DNA of 29,642 nt from the IMG/VR virus record IMGVR_UViG_3300045580_000182, positions 1 to 29,642 of that record. One strand, written 5' to 3'. The notes beneath the pieces are model-generated. The model was not told the DNA's origin, did no database searches, and saw only the letters and a list, made by a program, of their open reading frames with translations. A program made the position numbers and the translations under genes. The DNA is from a virus. Taxonomy: Duplodnaviria > Caudoviricetes. This document shows, piece after piece, positions 17,887-25,125 of the stretch (the first letter of the stretch is position 1; every line of letters starts with the position of its first letter).

Positions 17887-18360
17887 TCAGCCGCCTTGAT
17901 GGCGGGCGAAGAAATCAGCCAGTTCGTCTGCGGGCTGCTCTTGCTTCGTGCCAAGTCTCACCCTGGAGGAAGGCGTCAATCCGAACTCGGTCATCAGCGA
18001 AGATTGCAGGCTGACCAATCCCTTGTAGAGCGATCCGGCAGGGTTCGGCTTCACGCCACCGAGGTCCGTTCGCATCACCGGCCCGCTCGCCCGAAGCTCG
18101 AGCAGGCAAGCCTGGGCCGCAGCGTACACCTCGCACAAAGTCGCGAGGGCTTCGCCGTCGCCGGTCGTGAGCACGTTCATGCCGAGCAGGATCGGAACCA
18201 GTTCATTCCACTTCGCAACGGCTAGCGGTTCGACGTTCAGACGATCCGGCATCGGCGGTGCGCCGGCAGGCGCACTTGGCTCACGCTTTGGCGCGCCACG
18301 CTGTGTGCCCTGAAGGATTTTGAGCGGCGTCGGCTTCGGCTTTCGACCACGCGTTGCCAT
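17887..18360 (-). CDS. terS: Terminase small subunit, P27 family
   Basis: MATRGRKPKPTPLKILQG...KPNPA...EFGLTPSSRVRL signature. Confidence 0.93.
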   Translation of the reverse strand: MATRGRKPKPTPLKILQGTQRGAPKREPSAPAGAPPMPDRLNVEPLAVAKWNELVPILLGMNVLTTGDGEALATLCEVYAAAQACLLELRASGPVMRTDLGGVKPNPAGSLYKGLVSLQSSLMTEFGLTPSSRVRLGTKQEQPADELADFFARHQGG

Positions 18361-18490
18361 GCTTATTCCCCAGGCAAAAACAGACGGCCAATTCCGCAAA
18401 ACACGCGCGGGCCAGGGCAGTTGGTATACGTCGTTGGCAATATAGCCCAAATTGGGGGTATGGGGTCTTTGGCTTTTTTCACGCTCGCGA
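18361..18490. other. Putative cos / packaging-initiation region
   Basis: 130-nt gap between the HNH genes and terS, where cos lies in HK97-like phages; the cohesive end itself was not identified. Confidence 0.4.
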
Positions 18491-19411
18491 CTAGCTAAAA
18501 AGCAGCTTTTGCCCCGACCATGCTGCGCCTTTACGCACGTTGCACCTCAAGCACGCACACCTGACGTTGTCCCACTCATGGCCTTTGACGCCTGCACTCA
18601 AAGGATAAGGGTGGTGGTCAACTGTCGGCGATCTCGGGTGTGCACGACCACCTGAGACAACATACTTGCTGAGCGTCTTCTTCTTGCAGATATGGCAGCG
18701 ATAGCCATCACGCTCGAAGACAGCGCGAGGCTTCACGCTGGAGTCGTATCGAACTCCATGCTTTCGGCACCTTGTTCTGTGCTCTTTCTTCTTGCGAAAC
18801 TCTTTTCCAGCAGGGCTGTTTCGCCAGCGAGACCTAACGCACGATTTGCACTCTGGTCGCAGCCTCTTTTTCTTAGCGTCACGCCCGACGCATCGGAGCG
18901 AAAACTCTATGCCGCATGTAATACACCTTGGCCTTTCCTCGAAAACATGACAGCAACTTAGCGAACAAAACCGCTGGTCCCTCCTTGGGTCAGGCGTGAA
19001 AGGCTTTGAGCATGTACAGCACAAGCCAGGCTGCCTTTTCGTTTCGACGTTGAAACTCTTGCATGCACCGAGATGCGATGACATTGAGGATCGTATGTCT
19101 CGCAAGACTCCAGCAAGTGACCTGCACATTCTTGCGCGGCGACTACGCTCTGGAGTAAGCCGCTGCCTCATAGCACGCAAATACTCTTTTCTTGCAATCC
19201 CACGGCAGTTTTCGCAATAACGCAAACGACTGGCGTCTGCAGCCAACGCACGAAACTCATTGCCGCAACGGCGGCACTCGTTTGCCTGAGACGCCGGAAG
19301 CCTTCCCTGCTTCCTAGCCTTACATCTCTGCTGCTTACAGCAACCAGGGCAGGAAGCCATATCCTTTCCGCCCAGCGTCGTCCATGACGATCCGCATTTC
19401 CTACACGCCAT
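18491..19411 (-). CDS. Freestanding HNH endonuclease with multiple CxxC zinc motifs (putative homing endonuclease)
   Basis: VFERDGYRCHIC...TVDHHPYPLSAG...HEWDNVRCACLRCNVRKG; AGGAGG RBS; visibly lower GC than flanks. Confidence 0.85.
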   Translation of the reverse strand: MACRKCGSSWTTLGGKDMASCPGCCKQQRCKARKQGRLPASQANECRRCGNEFRALAADASRLRYCENCRGIARKEYLRAMRQRLTPERSRRARMCRSLAGVLRDIRSSMSSHLGACKSFNVETKRQPGLCCTCSKPFTPDPRRDQRFCSLSCCHVFEERPRCITCGIEFSLRCVGRDAKKKRLRPECKSCVRSRWRNSPAGKEFRKKKEHRTRCRKHGVRYDSSVKPRAVFERDGYRCHICKKKTLSKYVVSGGRAHPRSPTVDHHPYPLSAGVKGHEWDNVRCACLRCNVRKGAAWSGQKLLFS

Positions 19412-19459
19412 AGCCACCTCCTTGTGGTGGCCGTAGTGTACATGCCTGCACGGCGTTTT

Positions 19460-19768
19460 CTACCGCGACTCGCGGTTCGTCTTCCGCTGATGGCACGACG
19501 CACACAGGCATTGCCCGTTGTCCACGTCGTACCGCAAGTCTGGCCGCACCTTCACTGGCACAACGTGGTCAGCATGAGCCTCACGCTTGCTGCCGCACGC
19601 TCGGCCACAGTCGCGGCACAGGTAGCCGTCGCGTGCCAGAACAGCCAGCCGCCACGCCCGATGCTGCTTGCTGCAATAGCCTCGGGCCGTGGCGTTCGGA
19701 CGCAGTTCCAGCCGGCGAATCTTGGCCGTGCCTCTCGGCTGGCGGAACATCTCAATCCGCTGCGGCAT
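19460..19768 (-). CDS. Terminase-associated HNH endonuclease (HK97 gp74-like)
   Basis: ARGY...WRLAVLARDGYLCRDCG...ADHVVP...DNGQCLCASCHQRKT; upstream of terS. Confidence 0.9.
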   Translation of the reverse strand: MPQRIEMFRQPRGTAKIRRLELRPNATARGYCSKQHRAWRLAVLARDGYLCRDCGRACGSKREAHADHVVPVKVRPDLRYDVDNGQCLCASCHQRKTNRESR

Positions 19769-19771
19769 CTG

Positions 19772-20128
19772 CTAGCTCTTCAGGCTGACAATCCCGGCCG
19801 TGCCCGTGCTGTTCGTGGTGGCCGAGATGATCTCGAGGAACGGCACGGCGAACACTTCATCGGGCAGGGCGTACATCCGCCCGACAGCCGTGGACGGTGC
19901 AAGGGTGATGGTGGCAGCCGAGCCGTCAGTCTTGTAAAGCTGACGCCACGGGCCGGATTCGCTCGAGGCTCCCCACATCTGGAGCGTGGTGGCCGCCGTG
20001 CTCATGGTGCCGAACTCGACCACGCCGCCCGCGAAGTCTTCCATGCGGATCGTGGTAGCGAGGGCGGTCGTGGTGTGCAGCGTGATCGGGAGGTCACGGC
20101 TGCGGCGACGAATCTTGATCTCTGACAT
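19772..20128 (-). CDS. Hypothetical protein, Thr-rich, possibly virion-associated
   Basis: 118 aa; AGGAG RBS. Confidence 0.7.
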   Translation of the reverse strand: MSEIKIRRRSRDLPITLHTTTALATTIRMEDFAGGVVEFGTMSTAATTLQMWGASSESGPWRQLYKTDGSAATITLAPSTAVGRMYALPDEVFAVPFLEIISATTNSTGTAGIVSLKS

Positions 20129-20170
20129 GGGTCTGCTCCTGTGGCACGGGTCAAGCCCGCAACGCGGCCT

Positions 20171-20362
20171 TCACTCGTCCAGAGTAGGGGCTTGCGCCCG
20201 TAGCCTTGCAGCCTCGGCCTCTAGCTGCTCCAGGCGGTCAGCAGCTTCGATCAGGGCGGCACGCTGAATCCGCACCACCTCGTCAACGTGCTGGGCGTGC
20301 ACGGAGAGGTTCACGCTGCCGTGATAGGCGGCGACGGTGCGGCACTTGTCGGCGAGGTTCAT
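20171..20362 (-). CDS. Small hypothetical protein, probably leaderless
   Basis: 63 aa with EAADRLEQLEAE helix; TACTCT 6 nt before ATG; no SD. Confidence 0.65.
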   Translation of the reverse strand: MNLADKCRTVAAYHGSVNLSVHAQHVDEVVRIQRAALIEAADRLEQLEAEAARLRAQAPTLDE

Positions 20363-20368
20363 GCCGGC

Positions 20369-20387
20369 AGAGTAGGGCGGGCGTCAA
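20369..20387 (-). promoter_or_regulatory. TTGAC-N8-TACTCT promoter-like motif
   Basis: TTGAC GCCCGCCC TACTCT GCCGGC ATG. Confidence 0.55.
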
Positions 20388-20417
20388 GCCGTCCGCACAC
20401 TCAATGTGTAGCGCACT

Positions 20418-21569
20418 TCAGGCGAACAGCGCCACCTTCTCCCGGCTCTTGGCTATCCGCTGGTTTGCCAGTTCGATGTATTCGGGATTCAGTTCGCAGC
20501 CGATGCCGCTGCGCCCAAGCTCGGCAGCCACGGCCAGCGTCGTGCCGCTCCCTGCAAACGGGTCGAGCACGGTGCCGGAAATGGTGCCAGAGGCGGCACA
20601 GTCGCAGGCGGGTTGCCAACCGAGAGTCTTCACTGACACGACCGGCCCCATGCGAATGTCTGGAGTGCTGTTCGTCTGTGCGGCCGACAGGTCTTGCTTG
20701 CCTTCAATGGCATTTCCGCTGCGGCCCGATCCAGACTCAAACCGCTTTTCCTTGGCCGTGATCCGCTCGTATCCAGCCCCGCACACCGGGCAGCACTGCT
20801 CCGGGCATCCAGCCAAGATGCAAGGCTCAACTAGATCGGGCGGCATCGTGGCGAAGTGGGCACCGCTGTATGGCTTCGTCGTGACCGTCCAGACGGAGCG
20901 ACGGTTGCGCCGGCCGCTTGCTCCCCATACCCGCTGCATAGCGTCTGTGCCGAAGTCGTTCCGTAAGTGCCCGCCACCAGTGCTGCACTTGTTGCCGGGT
21001 GCGTGCGGCTTGCCGCTCAATTCCTCGCTCACCGCCTCCGCATCGTAGAAATACCGCTCGCTCTTGGTGAGCAGGAAAACGTATTCGTGTGCCTTGGTGC
21101 ATCGGTCCCGCACGCTCTCGGGCATCGGGTTGGGCTTGTGCCAGATGATGTCCTGCCGCAGCCACCAGCCGTCGGCCTGCAACGCGAAGGCGACACGCCA
21201 CGGGATGCCGACGAGGTCTTTTGGTTTGAGGCCGCTGATTCTCCGCCCCTTCGTCCCTTCGATGGCGATTGCTGCCGTTTTGCCAATCGGCCCGCCGTTC
21301 TGCTTCCCTGGGCCGCCGATGCCGTTGTAACTGTCGCCCAGATTCACCCAGCACGTCCCATCATCCCGCAGCACGCGCCGCACCTCGCGGAACACCTCGA
21401 CCATGCGGGCGACGTAGGCTTCCGGCGTGGACTCTAGGCCGATCTGCCCGTCGTGGCCGTAGTCACGCAAGCCCCAATAGGGCGGGCTGGTGACGCAGCA
21501 GTGAACGCTCGCGTCGGGGAGCGTCCGCAGCCCTTCGATGCAGTCGCCTTGAAGAATCCGGTGTTCCAT
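20418..21569 (-). CDS. Orphan beta-class DNA methyltransferase (N4-cytosine/N6-adenine family; SPPY suggests m4C)
   Basis: VTSPPYW (motif IV) precedes VLDPFAGSGTT (motif I); also IIWHKPNPMP, HFATMP, GCELNPEY. Confidence 0.93.
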   Translation of the reverse strand: MEHRILQGDCIEGLRTLPDASVHCCVTSPPYWGLRDYGHDGQIGLESTPEAYVARMVEVFREVRRVLRDDGTCWVNLGDSYNGIGGPGKQNGGPIGKTAAIAIEGTKGRRISGLKPKDLVGIPWRVAFALQADGWWLRQDIIWHKPNPMPESVRDRCTKAHEYVFLLTKSERYFYDAEAVSEELSGKPHAPGNKCSTGGGHLRNDFGTDAMQRVWGASGRRNRRSVWTVTTKPYSGAHFATMPPDLVEPCILAGCPEQCCPVCGAGYERITAKEKRFESGSGRSGNAIEGKQDLSAAQTNSTPDIRMGPVVSVKTLGWQPACDCAASGTISGTVLDPFAGSGTTLAVAAELGRSGIGCELNPEYIELANQRIAKSREKVALFA

Positions 21570-21575
21570 GCCCCG

Positions 21576-21594
21576 AACGTAGCGAGGCCGTCAA
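21576..21594 (-). promoter_or_regulatory. TTGAC-N8-TACGTT promoter-like motif upstream of the methyltransferase
   Basis: TTGAC GGCCTCGC TACGTT CGGGGC ATG. Confidence 0.55.
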
Positions 21595-21635
21595 ATGGAT
21601 CAACGGTTGTCCGACGCTACATTCGCTCAGTAGCG

Positions 21636-22007
21636 TCATTCGGTCGGCGGGGCTGGCAGCGACATCCAGTGGGTGGGGTAAATACGCCCGCAATCGGACT
21701 CACGCCACACAGGCTCTTGCTCTCCCTCACTGCCCCAAGATGCAATGTCGATGTTTGGCACGTTGCTATTTGGGCATGGCGACGCCACAAGCACATCCAC
21801 GCCTTTTTCCGGCATCCGCTCCTCAACCGGAATCCAGCGCGGTGCCGAAAATAATGGCACCGTATAGTGCGACACAAATCCGTGGGCCTCTGGCCAAATG
21901 GTTGCCGTCGCCTCGGTGAATGCAGTCGTCTCGCATTTCGTCCCGTCGGCCCGTCGGCCGACGCACAGGTATGCGATTGGCTTCATCGCTTCGTCTGAGC
22001 TGCCCAT
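21636..22007 (-). CDS. DUF551-like domain protein
   Basis: RWIPVEERMPE...VLV...PTHWMSLPAPP. Confidence 0.8.
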   Translation of the reverse strand: MGSSDEAMKPIAYLCVGRRADGTKCETTAFTEATATIWPEAHGFVSHYTVPLFSAPRWIPVEERMPEKGVDVLVASPCPNSNVPNIDIASWGSEGEQEPVWRESDCGRIYPTHWMSLPAPPTE

Positions 22008-22121
22008 GCCTCACCTTCCTTTCGGGGCGTCATTCTATCCGGTTCTGGAATTTGGAATGACTCTACCTTTTCGCTGTAGCGTCCCTGCGTTTTCCTGCCT
22101 GCCTGTCAGGATTCGACAGAC

Positions 22122-22334
22122 TCAGTCCAGCAGGCTTTCCGGCGTGTCGCGGATCATGGCCCGAATCTCTTGGGCCAACTCTCCGGTTTCGCCGGATGGT
22201 TCGCCATGCTTGAGCAGTGACCGCAGCCGCTGGTCGATGTCCCACAGCACGGCCCGAGCCGCCATGCCTGTGCGGGCGGCATCGAACTCGGCCTGCTCGT
22301 CAGGCAACCGGAATCGCAGCGTGGCTATTGGCAT
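22122..22334 (-). CDS. Small hypothetical protein
   Basis: 70 aa; GGGAG RBS. Confidence 0.7.
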   Translation of the reverse strand: MPIATLRFRLPDEQAEFDAARTGMAARAVLWDIDQRLRSLLKHGEPSGETGELAQEIRAMIRDTPESLLD

Positions 22335-22360
22335 GGCTCCCTCAGGTTGCGACCTGTGGA

Positions 22361-22657
22361 TCAGTTGCTACCTAATTCCCGCACACTACCCTCGTCAGGT
22401 GTAGCGTGCGGCGGCTGTGCATAGTCGAACGCCAACTCTTCCACGCCATCGACATCGACAAACAACCGCCCGTCACTGACCGACAGCGTCCCGTCCTGCA
22501 TTGCCACCGCGACCAGGGCGGCCCGAGTCCGCTCCAGTTCGCGTGCGAGGCGGTGGATCATGCACACCTCATGCCGCATGTGGCAGCGGTCGGAGTGAGT
22601 CCCGATACGCTCCTCGCGTGAGTCTCGCCACTCGCGGTAGTCGGCCAGTATGTCCAT
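22361..22657 (-). CDS. Hypothetical protein
   Basis: Likely start MDILADYREW; contains HSDRCHMRHEVC. Confidence 0.6.
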   Translation of the reverse strand: MDILADYREWRDSREERIGTHSDRCHMRHEVCMIHRLARELERTRAALVAVAMQDGTLSVSDGRLFVDVDGVEELAFDYAQPPHATPDEGSVRELGSN

Positions 22658-22985
22658 GTTCGTTGTTTGCGAATCGCAAACCTCCCACCGAGAGGGTGTG
22701 CCACTGCCCCCGTCCCATCGCCACCCCGCCGTTGTCGGGCCGTGCTGCGCCTGGGGGCTACCTCGCCAGCCCATCTATAGACGCCGTAGGGCGCGGCGTC
22801 GAAGCTGGCGAGGTTGTGATTCCGTCAGCAAAAGATAGCAGTTTTTCTCACTTAATGTGTGGTGGATCGTATGTGAACGTGTGCGTTTTTCGTCGCTTTT
22901 GGGATACGTTTCGGGGACGTGTCGCCGTAGGAAAAATGGACGATATTTCCTACAGACGCCATGTCATTACCTACCGGCTGTAGCG

Positions 22986-23306
22986 TCAAACATTCGATGC
23001 CGCGACGGCCAAGTCTTTCAGCAGCTTGCCGATGTCGCCATGCTCGTAGAGGCAGAATTTCCGCACGCCGCCGCCATTCATATGGACTTTCAAGCCTGGC
23101 GGAGCCTTACTGAGCCGCACGGTGACAGACGTTGTGCCGTCGTCTCCGACGGTTGCGCCGCCGCCGGTTAGCAGCCACCCTCCGCGCCGGGTTCTCCCGA
23201 TCTTGCGAGAATTCAGCCTTCCAGTCGCGTTTGCCCAGCGGCGGACGATCCGATTCGTCCACCGACTCGTTGGGATGATGTACTTCTTTTCGATCTCAAG
23301 CATCAT
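22986..23306 (-). CDS. Hypothetical basic protein
   Basis: AAGGAG RBS before ATGATG. Confidence 0.6.
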   Translation of the reverse strand: MMLEIEKKYIIPTSRWTNRIVRRWANATGRLNSRKIGRTRRGGWLLTGGGATVGDDGTTSVTVRLSKAPPGLKVHMNGGGVRKFCLYEHGDIGKLLKDLAVAASNV

Positions 23307-23332
23307 GCACTCCTTTTGCCCTTTGACTGTCT

Positions 23333-23512
23333 CTACTCGCTGCCAGTAACGCCGTTCATGTCTTTGGCGACCGCCTGCCAATCACCGGCAATGGCCTGCC
23401 AGTCCTGCCGCTGTGCTTCCTCGTCGGTGGCCGGTAGATCGACCGGATCAGGAATGACGCAGAATAGGTCTAGCACTCGCGCGGCACCGGCGATAAAGGA
23501 AGTCCAGTTCAT
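23333..23512 (-). CDS. Small hypothetical protein, absent from the ORF track
   Basis: Manual translation MNWTSFIAGAARVLDLF...DEEAQRQDWQAIAGDWQAVAKDMNGVTGSE (59 aa); ATGA overlap. Confidence 0.6.
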   Translation of the reverse strand: MNWTSFIAGAARVLDLFCVIPDPVDLPATDEEAQRQDWQAIAGDWQAVAKDMNGVTGSE

Positions 23513-23850
23513 TTCAGCCTTTCCATCATTGCTGATATGACCTTATGGTGCGGAATATAGTCGGCGCTGTCGGGAAACGGGTCATGATCTGCGGCCTGCG
23601 CGGCGTGACGAAACATAAAGTGAATCGCCTCCCGCTCCTCGTCGGTGAGCCGCAGGCGGGCGATCTCATCCCTCGCGTCCCTCAGCATGTCTCGGACGTA
23701 ACCGCCGCTGATCTCGCCCTCTGCGAACATGTTGGGCGAAGCACAGAAATCATTCAGTCGAAGCAAAATGTCTGGATGCCATACAACAAACGGCGATTTC
23801 GTCGGGTCGTCCACAATGGTCACTTTCTTTCCGAGAAATTGGTCAGCCAT
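23509..23850 (-). CDS. Hypothetical protein
   Basis: 113 aa containing ARDEIARLRLTDEEREAI. Confidence 0.65.
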   Translation of the reverse strand: MADQFLGKKVTIVDDPTKSPFVVWHPDILLRLNDFCASPNMFAEGEISGGYVRDMLRDARDEIARLRLTDEEREAIHFMFRHAAQAADHDPFPDSADYIPHHKVISAMMERLK

Positions 23851-24106
23851 CGCGTCCCTCTTGATGTCCAGTAGGGTCGCGTTCGTCGCTGACGTTTTCT
23901 ACCGCGTGGGCTTCAGTCAGTCCGGTGTCGTCCATCTTCACCGCGACGATCCAAGGAGGATAGGCAGACGCGGCTACTACCCAGCCAGTTCTGGACGATC
24001 CGACACGCACGCGGCACGGGACGGCAGGGCCGCGAAGGTCTGGCTCGCGCTCGCCATAACCACCGGATGCACCAGACGGCTCGGCTGTACCGTTTGGTTC
24101 AGTCAT
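23843..24106 (-). CDS. Hypothetical protein starting inside an attC-like site
   Basis: GAGGAGGAG RBS; N-terminal EPSGASGG is encoded by the attC-like left arm. Confidence 0.55.
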   Translation of the reverse strand: MTEPNGTAEPSGASGGYGEREPDLRGPAVPCRVRVGSSRTGWVVAASAYPPWIVAVKMDDTGLTEAHAVENVSDERDPTGHQEGRDG

Positions 24107-24144
24107 CGTCTCCTCCTCGCCGCTGGTGATCGCGGGTGTTCGCT
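24054..24144 (+). mobile_element. attC-like recombination site A
   Basis: CCATAAC-N5-GAT(G)CACCAG(A)CGGC ... GCCG CTGGTG ATC-N6-GTTCGCT; paired arms with two extrahelical bases. Confidence 0.7.
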
Positions 24145-24146
24145 GG

Positions 24147-24329
24147 CTACTTGCCGTCGGTTGGCGGGGCCGGGAGTGGCATCCAGTGGGTCGGTTCCGA
24201 TTTGTACCAGTGGGTTTTGTGCCACGCCGTCAGGAACTCGACCCACTCGCCCATGACGACACTCCCACCCAGCACCACCGTGTACGGTTCAGGAAGCCGC
24301 TCCGTCACCGGAATCCACTCCCAACTCAT
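24147..24329 (-). CDS. DUF551-like protein carried in an attC-bounded cassette
   Basis: MSWEWIPVTERLPE...PTHWMPLPAPP; GGAGG upstream. Confidence 0.8.
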   Translation of the reverse strand: MSWEWIPVTERLPEPYTVVLGGSVVMGEWVEFLTAWHKTHWYKSEPTHWMPLPAPPTDGK

Positions 24330-24374
24330 ATCCGCAATCCTCCGTTTCGAGTCGTCTTTCGCATACGATGCGCC

Positions 24375-24430
24375 AGCGAGCCAGCGGATGCAGCGGACGG
24401 CGGAGCCGCCGCTGATCCTGCGTGTTCTGT
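24375..24430 (+). mobile_element. attC-like recombination site B (56 bp; AAC changed to AGC)
   Basis: AGCGAGC-N5-GAT(G)CAGCGG(A)CGGC gga GCCG CCGCTG ATC-N6-GTTCTGT. Confidence 0.7.
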
Positions 24431-24432
24431 GG

Positions 24433-24672
24433 CTACTTGCTACCTAATTCGCTACCCATATTCTGCGTCCTCTTGCCTATTTCAGAGAGCCGCATGATTT
24501 CCTCCGTCCGGTGCGGCTCTGACAGCATTTCCGCCATGAGTCGCCGCTTGTCCAGCGACCATGAGTTGACCTCGCCCGACACTCGCCCTAGCGTTTCGGC
24601 CAGCCAACCATTCGCCAGCGAACCACGCGATGGAGCAGACGGCTCGCGTTGTCCTGCGGTGTGGTCAGTCAT
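24433..24672 (-). CDS. Hypothetical protein in a second attC-bounded unit
   Basis: 79 aa; N-terminal EPSAPSRGS encoded by the attC-like arm; ATGA-type proximity to upstream mini-ORF. Confidence 0.55.
   Translation of the reverse strand: MTDHTAGQREPSAPSRGSLANGWLAETLGRVSGEVNSWSLDKRRLMAEMLSEPHRTEEIMRLSEIGKRTQNMGSELGSK
24617..24643 (+). mobile_element. Truncated attC-like site C (left arm only)
   Basis: AGCGAAC-N5-GAT(G)GAGCAG(A)CGGC; the expected right arm is absent. Confidence 0.5.
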
Positions 24673-24756
24673 GGGTTCGCCGCAGGCGGTCGATCTCGGC
24701 CTTCAGTTCTTCCTCGTAGCCAAATGCCATGTCGTCACCTAGTCGATGTAGCGCAG

Positions 24757-24860
24757 TGGTGGGTGTCGAATCGAACGACCGGCAACTGACTGAACGCGCG
24801 AAGTCTTGTTGCCACTGGGTTACGGCCAGCGAGCGAGTACCGTACTCGCACACGCCCACC
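24757..24860 (-). tRNA. Atypical tRNA-Tyr(GTA)-like gene or tRNA-like element
   Basis: Acceptor GGTGGG/CCCACC; D arm GCGAGTA/TACTCGC; anticodon arm GCTGG-CCGTAAC-CCAGT; long variable arm GGCAAC/GTTGCC; T arm GTCG-TTCGATT-CGAC; no encoded CCA after the discriminator. Confidence 0.65.
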
Positions 24861-24864
24861 AAAT

Positions 24865-25075
24865 TGCCCCTCAGCCTGATTCCGCAGGCGTGTTTGACGG
24901 GCGGGCCGCCCGAGCCATTTGTCTCTCCAGAGTTACCTGTGGGTTATTGCCCGCAGGACATATCACGGTGGATTGGTCACCGCTCCCTTCGCACTCGCCG
25001 TCGGCCAACCAGCCGCACTCGCAGCGGCCCTGGCCAGATGCCGCACAAGCGACCGCTGGCGTGAACCGCGACGGC
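24865..25075 (-). ncRNA. Putative structured RNA upstream of the tRNA-like element
   Basis: Nested and tandem stems: GCCGTCG/CGACGGC, CAGCGGTC/GGCCGCTG, CCTGCGGG/CCCACAGG, CGGGCG/CGCCCG; promoter-like motif directly upstream. Confidence 0.35.
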
Positions 25076-25078
25076 CTC

Positions 25079-25096
25079 ATTGTACACGCTCGTCAA
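25079..25096 (-). promoter_or_regulatory. TTGAC-N7-TACAAT promoter-like motif
   Basis: Minus strand TTGAC GAGCGTG TACAAT. Confidence 0.5.
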
Positions 25097-25125
25097 CAGA
25101 GCGCAACGCTCGCCGTGACGCTACA

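Noticed and set aside
17844-17954. terL start at 17954 (MARSKSS...)
   Set aside because: Overlaps the terS 3' end by about 70 nt with no evident RBS; the true start is unresolved and ATG 17843 is used provisionally
24665-24862. 65-aa ORF as listed in the track
   Set aside because: Its 5' part runs through the tRNA-like cloverleaf; at most a 21-aa remnant from ATG 24730 is plausible
24871-25080. 69-aa minus-strand ORF
   Set aside because: No RBS, ATG overlaps a -10-like hexamer, and the region is better explained as structured RNA; not fully excluded
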